Shown here piece by piece: positions 54,495 through 64,000 of a stretch of DNA of 64,000 bases. Below the pieces are notes generated by a model that searched no databases, was not told the DNA's origin, and saw only the letters and a program-made list of their open reading frames with translations. This DNA is from a virus. The position numbers were made by a program, and so were the translations under genes. The stretch is from positions 33,787 to 97,786 of IMG/VR virus record IMGVR_UViG_3300025168_013179. One strand, 5' to 3'. Position 1 is the first letter of the stretch. Each line of letters opens with the position of its first letter.

Positions 54495-55820
54495 TCACAA
54501 ACATAAATCTTTAGAGTATTTAAATTTAACCGGGTAATTTTTACCTGATTCTAAAATAATCTGTAGCTCTTTTAGCGTATCTTTACCATCTTCTTTATTA
54601 AAATCAAAAAGCAGTGAGTCATAAGTGTATAATACTACTTTTGTCTTTTTATTCTGTAGATATCTTAATACATCTTTTAATATAAGTATATTTCTTGAGG
54701 TTTCCAACGATTGCATAAGATAATTCATAAGCTTTTGTGGATTCATGTCAGAAAGCTCTTCAGTAAAAGGTTTATTTGATACTGGGTTGTTAACTACACC
54801 TAATCCTTCAAATTTAATCCATAGAGAGTTAATAAAGTCTTGTATTTTTACAAATATATCAACATCTTTATATTCTTCTGGTATTCTACCATATAGTGCA
54901 TGAAAGTTAATTTGTTTTGCTTTAGAATACTCCTCGTCTCCTACTACTTCCTTTTTAAAGTATTTTTTAGCTAATTGCATATGTGCAGATTCATCAGTTA
55001 ACTCGTAACCTAACTGTTCACATAGTAATCTTACATGATATCCATCAAAATCAAACTCAACAAAAAAATCGTTTTGAGGTTTAAAGCATTTTCTATGCTT
55101 ATCAGTTTTAGGTATAGCGGCATAATTAACAGAATTAAAAGCATTAGTAGGTCTTGATGTAATATTGTATAAATTATAGTAAGTATAGGTAATATCGTCT
55201 ACAATATTTTGATTAACGTCCCTAGGGGTAAACATTTCTATAAATTGTTCTTTATGTATCCCAATACCTGATTGTTCGAGTAAAAAGAAAACATTTGTAG
55301 CAGTATTATTATAAAAATCAAAACCATCAGGTATCGTTAGGTCTATTGAATCTTTTATTTTACTATAGATATTTTCACTAGCTTCATATAATTTTGAAAT
55401 AGGTATAAGCTTATTTGTTACTGATATATTCTTAAATTTATTATAAAAAGTATTGATATACATAAAATCTCTAGAGTACTCTAACTTTTTAAATTTTACC
55501 ATTGAATATAGTAAAGATAAATCCGTTGCTCCTTGAAGATTAAAGTGATAGAGTAATGTCTTTTTATCTAGAGTATAAAGTGTGTTGAAAGATTTTAAAA
55601 CTTCATAGACACGTTCCCTTTCTACATTAAGGCCTTCTTCGTGATTTATAGGAATAATAAACCCATGCTTAGAATTTATAGGCCTAATATAAACTGCTAC
55701 TGTTTCAGTTAATTTTGGATGATAGTAAAAGTTAGACGGTACAATATCTACGTAACCTCCTAATCTACCTAATGACTGTAATCTATCTAATTGAGTTTCT
55801 GTCTCAATAATGTAAAACAT
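54495..55820 (-). CDS. Second, degenerate family A DNA polymerase-like protein
   Basis: TSRP, FDFDGYHVR (motif A), KQINF..LYG (motif B), YTYDS (motif C). Confidence 0.75.
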   Translation of the reverse strand: MFYIIETETQLDRLQSLGRLGGYVDIVPSNFYYHPKLTETVAVYIRPINSKHGFIIPINHEEGLNVERERVYEVLKSFNTLYTLDKKTLLYHFNLQGATDLSLLYSMVKFKKLEYSRDFMYINTFYNKFKNISVTNKLIPISKLYEASENIYSKIKDSIDLTIPDGFDFYNNTATNVFFLLEQSGIGIHKEQFIEMFTPRDVNQNIVDDITYTYYNLYNITSRPTNAFNSVNYAAIPKTDKHRKCFKPQNDFFVEFDFDGYHVRLLCEQLGYELTDESAHMQLAKKYFKKEVVGDEEYSKAKQINFHALYGRIPEEYKDVDIFVKIQDFINSLWIKFEGLGVVNNPVSNKPFTEELSDMNPQKLMNYLMQSLETSRNILILKDVLRYLQNKKTKVVLYTYDSLLFDFNKEDGKDTLKELQIILESGKNYPVKFKYSKDLCL

Positions 55821-55853
55821 ATATAACCTTTTATGTAATATAAGATAAAAATC

Positions 55854-56363
55854 TTAAACTACAAACTCTCCGTAGTTATTTACTATTTGAGATAACCCCT
55901 TTATAGTTTTTTCAGCTTCTACTATACTTTCTTTATTTTGAGAAGATGCTCCGAAATAAATATAAGGTCCTTTATTTATATCTTCAACCGGTCCTTTAAG
56001 AATCCAGCTAATAACTACTGATATTGTATAATTTAGTGTGTTAAATTTTTTATAATTTTCTTTATTTACCTCTACTATATTTTTAGTCCTCCTATCTTGA
56101 ATATAGTACCTATTAAATTTTTCATTTAAATAATCCAGTTTAGTAGGTCGTATAAAGTTATTTTTAAGTACTAATGGATCAGTTGTATCATCAGCAAACC
56201 TAAAGTCTTGTAGTTTTTTAGTACTGCTACTAAATTTTTTACCTGTATAAATTTCCCCGGAAAATGATTCTATGTAGGATCCTATATACTCACTACCGTT
56301 AGGATTAAATAACTCTCCTCCTTTAGTATGTTTAACGTTATATTTAGATTTCGGTAAGTACAT
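55854..56363 (-). CDS. Hypothetical structural-module protein
   Basis: Likely start MYLPKSKY at 56363. Confidence 0.6.
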   Translation of the reverse strand: MYLPKSKYNVKHTKGGELFNPNGSEYIGSYIESFSGEIYTGKKFSSSTKKLQDFRFADDTTDPLVLKNNFIRPTKLDYLNEKFNRYYIQDRRTKNIVEVNKENYKKFNTLNYTISVVISWILKGPVEDINKGPYIYFGASSQNKESIVEAEKTIKGLSQIVNNYGEFVV

Positions 56364-56364
56364 A

Positions 56365-59016
56365 TTATTTAAAAGTAAAGTGCCAATGTCCTCCGGTTGC
56401 GTGACCTGTTGGCTTTTCATATTCGTTAAGGTAATCTATTAGACCTAGAGTTACCATACCACTCACCGACTTAAATACAATATCAGATGCTTTTTTAATC
56501 TGTTCTGTGGTAGCATCAGTCTGTATTGCTAAATCCAATGCTTTTCCTAGTCTATGGTAAGTAGACTTTGGAGGATTTGGATTAAATATATGAAACAGGT
56601 CATGTCCTCCGGTCCATCTAAATTGTAAGTCTTTTATTCCTTGCTTTTTTAATTCTCCTGATATATTCCTCATTAATCCTATCCCTCTAGTAGCCGTAGG
56701 AGCTGTTATATCATTACCACTAGAGGTTAACTCAAATCCTTTTTCTGAAAAGTTTGGTGTATTTTCTATCTGTTTTCTTAATCTTGTAGCATTAGGGAAT
56801 AAACTTTCGTCTTGTTGGTCTACATCAGGATTAATTATTTCTATACTATCTATTATTCCCGAAAGATTATCAGTTATAGCAACAGTTTCTGTATTTTCTG
56901 AAGTAATCATCATTAAAGCTGAAATTGATGTTATCCATTGATTACTTTCTATCTTATTATCTATACCGGTGATGGTAAAACTAACATTACCTTTATACCT
57001 AGAAGGTAAAAGCCCAGAACCTATATTAAATACATCTGTAATTCTTAATCCAGAAATACCTAAAATATCAAAACTTAAATTAATTGGAATAATTCCAGGA
57101 GGATTAGTCTTCTTTTTAACTATTTCTCTTTTAAGCATTAGATTCATTACTGCCTGGTGAGCTGGTTTTAAGTTACTGATAGATGTGGTAGAAATTACTT
57201 GCTTAGCATTTAATACTCCGAAAAATTGAACTACTGTAGTGAGGTTATCTATTAATTTTTGTCTATCTTCAGCAGCTTTTTTTAAACTTTTAATATCTAA
57301 AGTTGTAGCATCTAAAGTTCGTTCAGGTATTATTCTATCGGTAGCATCTTTATAAAAATCATTAAAGCTAAATACATCTTCAGTAAGACTAGACCCTCCA
57401 GCTGATGCTGCTATTGCAATTAAGTTACTTAAGTTAGAAGGAATTGCACTAGATAATTGTACACTAGTACTTAAACCTTTTAAACCTACTAAATCTAATG
57501 TAAAATCTATATCTTTATTTCCTGGGGTACCTTTTCTATCTATTACATAGTATACTTGGTCTATTTCATGTAGATCAAAATTATTTATATTACCGCAACT
57601 AGAATTAATCGTATTAAGTAGACTTCTTACCATGTCGTATACATTAATATCTTCGTTTTTATTATTTTTTATTAATTCAGAATATACAGTCTTTACATAA
57701 TTTACATTTACAAGAATATTGAGTATATCATCAGTATCACCTTCAATACAGTTATACACTGAAACTGAACTTGCAATATCTAATTTAATATCAGCTTTTA
57801 AATCTAATGGTTTAGGTAGAATACATACATCAGGTTGATAAGAGATATGACTATCAAAGGTTATAAAAGGGTTATTATTTTCATACTTTACTCTTTTTGT
57901 CTTAGTATCGTGATTATTAGTATAAAATTTTACAAAAGGAATATTATTATCTTTAAGTTGATAGTTAACATTTATAAAATTTAATAAGCCTCCTAAAGTA
58001 ATATATTTATAAGGAGTTAGTCCTGAGGTTTTTTCAGAATTAGCTGAGTTTATATTAGCTGCAAATACATTTTTAAATTGTCCAAATATTAAATCTGCTG
58101 TATCATTATCCAACATAACCTTAAATCGTTCAAAGTCAAAAGGAATTCTAGTTTGATTAGCTAATGAAGTTTGAGTAGGGAGCGAATTAAGTATTAATTC
58201 AAAATAACCATGAAATTTATTTATTACTCCTTTATCTCTTTCTTTTTCAGAAACTCCTGGTTGAAATAAAGCTGAAAGAGATTCGGTTAATTCACCGTAT
58301 CCTATAATATCAATTGAGCAGTCATAAATACCTTCATTATTATAACTCCATATAAAGTTACTTACTCTTCCTAATAGAGCATCGTAATTATAAGATTGTT
58401 TTGTTCTTAATTCATCTAAAATTTTTAATATTTCTCTGCTTCTATGAAAATCATTATCAGGATCATGTTTTGGTAGGTCTTCGAACCATTTAGAAAAAGT
58501 TTTTACGTTTGATGATACATCTTTTTTAGTACTATCTAATACTTGTGTATGACCCCACTCCAGTAACATTGAATACCCCGGCAATAGGTAGAGTTTTTCA
58601 AATTTCTCTAAATCGTCTAAACTATTTACTTGAAATTCAACTGTTGCTTTTTTTACTGTACCGAAAGAACCTTGGGTAGCAATTGCAACTCTGGTAATTC
58701 CAGCCATAGGTTTAAATCCATATTGTTCACTGTGTCCGTAAGAACTGTTTTTATCTTGGGTAAACCCTTGTTTGGTTTTTCCATTAAATGTACCGCCAAA
58801 AAGTATGTTTTGATCAGCTTGAAATGTTCTATCTTTATTTGCTACTTCTACACCTGAGGATAGTTTTACCCATCCGGTATTAGAATTAAGAAATAACAGA
58901 TCACTATCGATACGTTTTGATTTGCTTACTATTTCTTTTCTAGTGTTTAATTGTGTTTGTACAGTAGATTGTACATTACTGTATATAGACGACTTTTTTG
59001 ACCAACCTAGTGACAT
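56365..59016 (-). CDS. Baseplate hub-like protein with C-terminal Zn-peptidase (M15/LAS-like) domain
   Basis: LEWG hub motif; H..G.A.D...HWH C-terminal motif. Confidence 0.6.
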   Translation of the reverse strand: MSLGWSKKSSIYSNVQSTVQTQLNTRKEIVSKSKRIDSDLLFLNSNTGWVKLSSGVEVANKDRTFQADQNILFGGTFNGKTKQGFTQDKNSSYGHSEQYGFKPMAGITRVAIATQGSFGTVKKATVEFQVNSLDDLEKFEKLYLLPGYSMLLEWGHTQVLDSTKKDVSSNVKTFSKWFEDLPKHDPDNDFHRSREILKILDELRTKQSYNYDALLGRVSNFIWSYNNEGIYDCSIDIIGYGELTESLSALFQPGVSEKERDKGVINKFHGYFELILNSLPTQTSLANQTRIPFDFERFKVMLDNDTADLIFGQFKNVFAANINSANSEKTSGLTPYKYITLGGLLNFINVNYQLKDNNIPFVKFYTNNHDTKTKRVKYENNNPFITFDSHISYQPDVCILPKPLDLKADIKLDIASSVSVYNCIEGDTDDILNILVNVNYVKTVYSELIKNNKNEDINVYDMVRSLLNTINSSCGNINNFDLHEIDQVYYVIDRKGTPGNKDIDFTLDLVGLKGLSTSVQLSSAIPSNLSNLIAIAASAGGSSLTEDVFSFNDFYKDATDRIIPERTLDATTLDIKSLKKAAEDRQKLIDNLTTVVQFFGVLNAKQVISTTSISNLKPAHQAVMNLMLKREIVKKKTNPPGIIPINLSFDILGISGLRITDVFNIGSGLLPSRYKGNVSFTITGIDNKIESNQWITSISALMMITSENTETVAITDNLSGIIDSIEIINPDVDQQDESLFPNATRLRKQIENTPNFSEKGFELTSSGNDITAPTATRGIGLMRNISGELKKQGIKDLQFRWTGGHDLFHIFNPNPPKSTYHRLGKALDLAIQTDATTEQIKKASDIVFKSVSGMVTLGLIDYLNEYEKPTGHATGGHWHFTFK

Positions 59017-59319
59017 TTATCTAGAAGAATTTATATCATCATATAACCTTAAAGCTAATTCTTTCGAAGCAGGTATTCTAATCTGAGCACCTGGTGTAGG
59101 GTTAAGAGAAGCTCTTTGATGATTGTTAGAAGAAGCTATTATCCACCATAAAGTAGAATCGTTATAGTATTGTGAAGCAAGTTTATCGTATCTATCACTT
59201 ACTGAAGCAATAATATATATGTCATCTTCAGTTTCTGGAATGGTTGGGTATATAGGATTAGTTATATACCTTATACCTTCTTTAGTTTTATATTTATCAA
59301 TCTCTTTATAACGTCTCAT
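59017..59319 (-). CDS. Baseplate LysM/gp53-like protein
   Basis: DRYD.LA..YY....LWWIIA..N......G.QIRIP. Confidence 0.8.
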   Translation of the reverse strand: MRRYKEIDKYKTKEGIRYITNPIYPTIPETEDDIYIIASVSDRYDKLASQYYNDSTLWWIIASSNNHQRASLNPTPGAQIRIPASKELALRLYDDINSSR

Positions 59320-60653
59320 TAGTTTTTAAATGGTGCTTTATTAGGGTTAGTTAAAAAAGGCTTATTCCCAGTTTCTGGTAAAAAGTTATGTACTGGTCTA
59401 AAACTAAGACTTATATCTAACACCATAGGTAGTTCTTGAACGTCATCATCAACACCAGGTTTGTCAGGTTCATTCAATGCTATTTCCCATGGATATGTTG
59501 TATTCCACGATAAGTCTAAAGATTCTATAAATCCTGGTAGTTCATAAAAAAAGCTTCCTACTGTTAATTTTACAAAAGTACCTCTCATAAATCCTCCTTT
59601 ACTGTAAGAAGGACTAGTGGTAGATATTAAATTATTTAACTTATTATAGATAGGTTTTAATTCATGTCTAGTCATAGCAGCAACCTTAAAAGATACATTA
59701 ATAGATCTCTGTGAACCTAAGTAATTATAGAAAGGTTCCCCTCTACCAATATAATTTGTAGAACTCCAATCTGCTGAATGACTATCATCTATACTGTCTA
59801 TTAAAGCTCTAAAAACTAGTACTGTATTTTTACCGTTATTATCTGAGTTAATTACTTCAAATCTAAATTTAGCTAAATCTCTGGAATCTTTTACTGCGTT
59901 AAATTGTTCAAAAGTCGTAATTGGTCCACCAGTTTTATATGGTTCTAATAAATTTATTTTATCAAGATCGTCTTTGATTACGAATTTAGAATATGTTGTT
60001 TTAGGATCTTTAGATATTTTTTTACTTATATTACCTAACCCTACTCTATTTTCTATTTTTTTCTGAGGAGTAGGTTGAGGCATTCTTTCAGGTGCTACTT
60101 GACCTTTATAAGTATATTTTGCTTCTTGACCTAAAATATCAATAACAGTTGTTTGAGATTTTAATTTATTAGCTTCGACTTCTACCTCGTATCCAGTATT
60201 AACAAATTTACCTCCTTCTTTTACTACTCCTGCATAGTTTTTACCTAAGTAATGAGAGTTCCTCTGAAAGCCTTTGACAAAGTGTATACCTGTGTTATTA
60301 ACTGGAACTTGTGCAAGTGTAGAACCTAGTACCCGTGCTGCACTGTTACTGCCTCCTATTAGGTTACCTAGCAGGCTAGATCCTTCTTCTGATTGTTCTT
60401 TACCTTTTATTCTTACTCTACCTAACTGTGCTTCATTAGAGAGGTAACTTAATCCTTGTGATCTAGTCATTAACGCAGCTATTCTTGCTAAGTCGTCTGC
60501 TCTTTTGCTTCCTTGGCTAGATTTGTTACCCTGTTCTTCGATAGTAGAAGGAATAGTTTTTTGTATAATAGGTTCATTTCCTACATTAAAAGTCCCGTAC
60601 TTGAGTTTATTAAGTTGAGTTTTACCTTCTATATAATTTTTTAAAATTGACAT
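59319..60653 (-). CDS. Baseplate/tail-tube initiator-like protein
   Basis: W....YIGRGEP.Y.Y...R, LTVG and PWE motifs; follows tape measure. Confidence 0.6.
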   Translation of the reverse strand: MSILKNYIEGKTQLNKLKYGTFNVGNEPIIQKTIPSTIEEQGNKSSQGSKRADDLARIAALMTRSQGLSYLSNEAQLGRVRIKGKEQSEEGSSLLGNLIGGSNSAARVLGSTLAQVPVNNTGIHFVKGFQRNSHYLGKNYAGVVKEGGKFVNTGYEVEVEANKLKSQTTVIDILGQEAKYTYKGQVAPERMPQPTPQKKIENRVGLGNISKKISKDPKTTYSKFVIKDDLDKINLLEPYKTGGPITTFEQFNAVKDSRDLAKFRFEVINSDNNGKNTVLVFRALIDSIDDSHSADWSSTNYIGRGEPFYNYLGSQRSINVSFKVAAMTRHELKPIYNKLNNLISTTSPSYSKGGFMRGTFVKLTVGSFFYELPGFIESLDLSWNTTYPWEIALNEPDKPGVDDDVQELPMVLDISLSFRPVHNFLPETGNKPFLTNPNKAPFKN

Positions 60654-60656
60654 ATA

Positions 60657-62783
60657 TTAGCTTTTATAGCTTGACATTACTAATGTTTCACCTACTTTTC
60701 TTCCTTCTAAATTAATTACCTTACCACCTTCTACTGCTGTTATAAGCTTTTCAAGAAGAGTGTTTGTTTCTTTACCAAATTGAGTACCACCAGCCATTAC
60801 TAAAGTATCTTTTGGGTTTTGTCTTATAGTAAAATCATCAGGTGTAATTTCTGTATTTTCAATTCTTCTTAGTTCTTTACGAGCTTCATCAATTCCTTCA
60901 TTAGTTGCAAATGCATAATCTGAGGTTACTCCAAGCGGACCTTTATTTAAAGATGCTTTATAAGCTATTTCATTAAACTCATCAAAAGATAAACCAGCAG
61001 CTTCATATTGTTCATCTGAGATATTCATAGCTCGTTCTCCTACTGCTTTTGATCTATCAGAACTTTCACCAAAACTATTATTAACCCAAGTAGCAAGGCT
61101 TTTCATTGCTTCAGATAATTCTGTTAAAAATCCACCATCGACAAAATCTGTAAAAGTTGATTTAAGATCATCCATTGCCTCATTAAAATTTTCTTCAGCA
61201 GTTTTTCGTTTTTCTATGTCTTGCATTGCTTGTGCACTTAGATTAGATCTAATCATAAAAGCTTTGATTTCATCTTGAGATCCTTCTTTGAGTAATCTAT
61301 AGTATTCATCGGCTGCTACATTATTATTACCTTGTATAAGGTATGCTCTTTGAAGTTCATCTGCTGATAATCCTGTTGCTTTTGCAATAGCCTCCATTAT
61401 AATAGGACTCCTTCTCTGTTCAGCAGTTAAATTCTGCATTTGAGATAGTACATCTGCTGTCGCTCCTGCTATATCTCCGGTTGCAGCTTTTGCTCTAGCT
61501 CTTTCTAGGTTAAATTGCTGTCCTGTTAATAATTCTGCTTGAAGTTCAGAACCTATAGATTGTTCAAAATCTAATAAATTACTAGCTATATTAGAAGCTT
61601 GCTGTAAATTTATTCCAAATCTTCTAACCTGTAATACCCCTTTCGCTATAGCTTCGTTAGAAAACCCGAATGACGCTGCAACTTGTCCGGTTGCTCCTGC
61701 GACTGCTTTCATAATACCTTTAAAACTCATACCAAATCCGTTGGCAGCTTTAAAGTTATTACCGATATTTAAAATATTTTCTGAGGTTAAATAGGCATTT
61801 TCTTGGGTAGCACCCATTCTAACGCTTAATGTAGATGCTTCTTTAGCACTTAACTTTACTCTACTAGTTAAAAAAGTCTGGTTATTTAAAATATCAGTAC
61901 TAGCTCTAAAAGTAGCTCCGAATTCATCATTTAAGGCTTGCTGTGCTGCAACTAAAGCTGCTGTATTGTTTCTAGTCAGTCCTGTATCTCTTCTTATCTC
62001 AGCAAACTGTTCTCTTAATTGATCTGCTTGACCTACACTAGACCCCATTGACCGAGCAAGTTCTACTGCTTGTTTATTAGCACCTATGAATATATCTACT
62101 ACAAACTTTAATGCAGTAGTAACTGCAGCAATACTTATTAATGACTTACTTATAGTTTTAGTTAGTGCACTAAACCCTTGGCCGAAAGGACTTTTTATAC
62201 CTGCAGCACCTTTTTTAAGCTTAGCGTTATTTAAAATAGTTTCTTTAGATGCTTTTGCTGCTGCATCGAATGGTCCGGAAAGCTTACGTAAACCGGGTAT
62301 ATCGCCTAATACTTTAGATAATCCAGAAAAGAATATTGAAGATTTATCTAACTTAGCTGCATCTTGTTGAGTTTCTTTTATAGCTTCTGCTACAGCTCTA
62401 GCATTATCAGCGGCATTAGCTAAGTTTTCTGCTTGTTTAAGATAAACTTTCTTAACGTCTTCAGCTACAGTAGCAGCTTTACCCATCAAAGTTACTCTTC
62501 TTGCTTCTAACTTTGCTGCTAGAGCTAATTGTTTGGTTTTTTCTTCTTCTAGTTTTCTAACAGCATCAGTTTTAGATACAGCTTCTTTTTGAAGTTGTGC
62601 AATTTTTGCTGTTATATCTCTACCTATAAACTGAGATTTATTAAGTTTATCTTGAGCTGTATCAAGATCCTTTAACTCAGCATTAAGAGCTTTATAGCTT
62701 TCATAAATCTGAGCTGTTCCTTCTTGATACTGATCAATTTTGTTTAATTGATCTTGCGTTAAGCCTTTAAATTCTTCTGCCAT
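60657..62783 (-). CDS. Tail tape measure protein
   Basis: Ala-rich helical protein downstream of tail chaperones. Confidence 0.7.
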   Translation of the reverse strand: MAEEFKGLTQDQLNKIDQYQEGTAQIYESYKALNAELKDLDTAQDKLNKSQFIGRDITAKIAQLQKEAVSKTDAVRKLEEEKTKQLALAAKLEARRVTLMGKAATVAEDVKKVYLKQAENLANAADNARAVAEAIKETQQDAAKLDKSSIFFSGLSKVLGDIPGLRKLSGPFDAAAKASKETILNNAKLKKGAAGIKSPFGQGFSALTKTISKSLISIAAVTTALKFVVDIFIGANKQAVELARSMGSSVGQADQLREQFAEIRRDTGLTRNNTAALVAAQQALNDEFGATFRASTDILNNQTFLTSRVKLSAKEASTLSVRMGATQENAYLTSENILNIGNNFKAANGFGMSFKGIMKAVAGATGQVAASFGFSNEAIAKGVLQVRRFGINLQQASNIASNLLDFEQSIGSELQAELLTGQQFNLERARAKAATGDIAGATADVLSQMQNLTAEQRRSPIIMEAIAKATGLSADELQRAYLIQGNNNVAADEYYRLLKEGSQDEIKAFMIRSNLSAQAMQDIEKRKTAEENFNEAMDDLKSTFTDFVDGGFLTELSEAMKSLATWVNNSFGESSDRSKAVGERAMNISDEQYEAAGLSFDEFNEIAYKASLNKGPLGVTSDYAFATNEGIDEARKELRRIENTEITPDDFTIRQNPKDTLVMAGGTQFGKETNTLLEKLITAVEGGKVINLEGRKVGETLVMSSYKS

Positions 62784-62809
62784 ATAGAGTATATATGTTA
62801 TAAATAGGA

Positions 62810-62834
62810 AAGACGTCTATTTTTTAGACGCCTT
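62810..62834 (-). other. Hairpin over the stop codon of the chaperone extension
   Basis: AAGGCGUCUA-AAAAA-UAGACGUCUU. Confidence 0.55.
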
Positions 62835-63065
62835 TGCTGTAAAGGATGGTTTTATATCGGGTCCAAAGGATTTTTTCTTTTTAGGACTTTTAGTTTTATT
62901 TTGTTCTGCTACAGAATTAAAATGTTCTTGGATTTTATGAAAAGTGAAATTTCTCAACCATATTGGCATATTATATACCTCCCCCCATGTGTAACCTCCG
63001 TTACCGTGAAATACTATTTCATGTATTTGAGTAAATATTGAAGTTCTATGACTAGACGTCAGGCC
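62817..63065 (-). CDS. Tail assembly chaperone frameshift extension (gpT/gpE'-like), absent from ORF track
   Basis: Open +1 frame GLTSSHRTSIFTQIHEIVFHGNGGYTWGEVYNMPIWLR...SKK after the U7 run. Confidence 0.65.
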   Translation of the reverse strand, partial: GLTSSHRTSIFTQIHEIVFHGNGGYTWGEVYNMPIWLRNFTFHKIQEHFNSVAEQNKTKSPKKKKSFGPDIKPSFTAKASKK

Positions 63066-63777
63066 AAAAAAACCCTATGCCTATCGGCAAGTCAACGCCC
63101 TCCGATACGCCGTCCGGGTAGTATTTCATATTTACATCCGGAGTCACAGAAATCATATGTAGTCTAAGTGCTCTAGCATCTGCTGCTAGTAAGTATTTTT
63201 CTACAAATTCTCTGATGTCTTTTTTTTCAGTTAAACCATTTACTGATGTTAAAGTGTGTTTAAGTCTTGTTGTTACAGTAGTACTGCTCTCTTTATTTAA
63301 CTTTTGAAGACCTTTCATTTCATTATCTATCTCTCTTTCATTTTTATGAGTTAATAATTTAAAAGTTACTTTATTTTCTGATTTAGGTAAAATAAATTCG
63401 AATTCATTTTTACCTTCTTTTATATTAACTTCTTTATTTTTTAACTCAGTTAAATCAACTGCTACCTCATTTCCTCCATAGTTGAACTTATAGTCTTTAC
63501 CGTAAGATAGTATTCTTGCTGCTATCATTATAGCATTCTTATCTCCTATTAAAAGATCATTAAAATTTACTCCTTCTGTGACGATTAATGCTTGAAGCAG
63601 TTTATCAATAACTGTACCGTTTGAAATATAGTTGTTATTTGTAAGAATATCTTCTTCTTTAGCTGTCATATACTTCATCTCTACTTCGCCTTTACTTAAA
63701 GGAGAGTCTTTAGGGTATAGTAAGCCTTTTGATGGTAATTCTACTGTTTCAGTAGGGATTTTAAATTGTGATTCCAT
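63052..63777 (-). CDS. Tail assembly chaperone / baseplate hub assembly protein (gp26-like)
   Basis: LPSKG, MTAKEEDIL, ARILSYG and FFWP end; between tail tube and tape measure. Confidence 0.75.
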   Translation of the reverse strand: MESQFKIPTETVELPSKGLLYPKDSPLSKGEVEMKYMTAKEEDILTNNNYISNGTVIDKLLQALIVTEGVNFNDLLIGDKNAIMIAARILSYGKDYKFNYGGNEVAVDLTELKNKEVNIKEGKNEFEFILPKSENKVTFKLLTHKNEREIDNEMKGLQKLNKESSTTVTTRLKHTLTSVNGLTEKKDIREFVEKYLLAADARALRLHMISVTPDVNMKYYPDGVSEGVDLPIGIGFFWPDV

Positions 63778-63810
63778 AAATTTTATTAATTATAACTATT
63801 CTTTTATATA

Positions 63811-63839
63811 AATATACGAAAATTAAATTATGGGACAAA
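63811..63839 (-). promoter_or_regulatory. Bacteroidetes-type -33/-7 promoter
   Basis: TTTG-N17-CGTATATTTA. Confidence 0.6.
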
Positions 63840-63840
63840 C

Positions 63841-63865
63841 AAAAAACCCGACTAAATGCCGGGTT
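63841..63865 (-). terminator. Intrinsic terminator after tail tube gene
   Basis: AACCCGGC-AUUUA-GUCGGGUU followed by U-run. Confidence 0.85.
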
Positions 63866-63889
63866 CTAAGATATATATGTGGTAGTTTA

Positions 63890-64000
63890 TTAGAAGTTCA
63901 ATATACAGTAGTCCATTGAAATAGTCATACTTAAGTCAACTACTTCAGAACTAGTCCAGTCATATTGACCAAAGTCTGCTGTTTGAATAAAGGCACCTTT
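63890..64000 (-). CDS. Tail tube protein (gp19-like), C-terminal fragment
   Basis: KGAFIQTADFGQYDWTSSEVVDLSMTISMDYCILNF*. Confidence 0.75.
   Translation of the reverse strand, partial: KGAFIQTADFGQYDWTSSEVVDLSMTISMDYCILNF

Noticed and set aside
1-64000. Stop-codon reassignment
   Set aside because: Standard code gives intact, tightly packed genes; TAA, TAG and TGA are all used as stops; the only tRNA is Thr

Overview
AT-rich segment of a large tailed (myovirus-like) dsDNA phage, almost entirely encoded on the minus strand. Recurrent TTG-N19/20-TAnnTT promoters, a Bacteroidetes-type lipoprotein, a beta-barrel and an Hc1-like protein point to a Bacteroidetes (probably Flavobacteria) host. From left to right: a glycosylation/NDP-sugar cluster (1-12.7 kb); a lysis/envelope module (14-19 kb); purine-salvage and sulfotransferase genes; GroEL/GroES/Hsp20; a family-A DNA polymerase; a dispersed 7-deazaguanine DNA-modification pathway (folE, queD, queE, queC, queF, a DpdA/TGT-fold gene and a PurN-like DpdN formyltransferase, with an adjacent kinase, MazG-like pyrophosphatase and PRTase); tRNA-Thr; class Ia RNR; helicase, 5' exonuclease, RecA and SSB; a second degenerate PolA; and baseplate, tape-measure, tail-chaperone and tail-tube genes. 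The main discovery candidate is RNA-level control of the DNA-modification pathway. Two preQ1-I-like riboswitch aptamers each lie between a promoter and a start codon (folE and the queD/queE operon), and a different pseudoknot precedes queC. Other signals are GC-rich tandem-hairpin islands inside core genes (several with open +1 frames), an hsp20 gene bracketed by complementary UTR sequences, a three-way-junction RNA after the Hc1 gene, and a +1/-2 tail-chaperone frameshift. All calls come from manual reading; no searches or folding programs were run.
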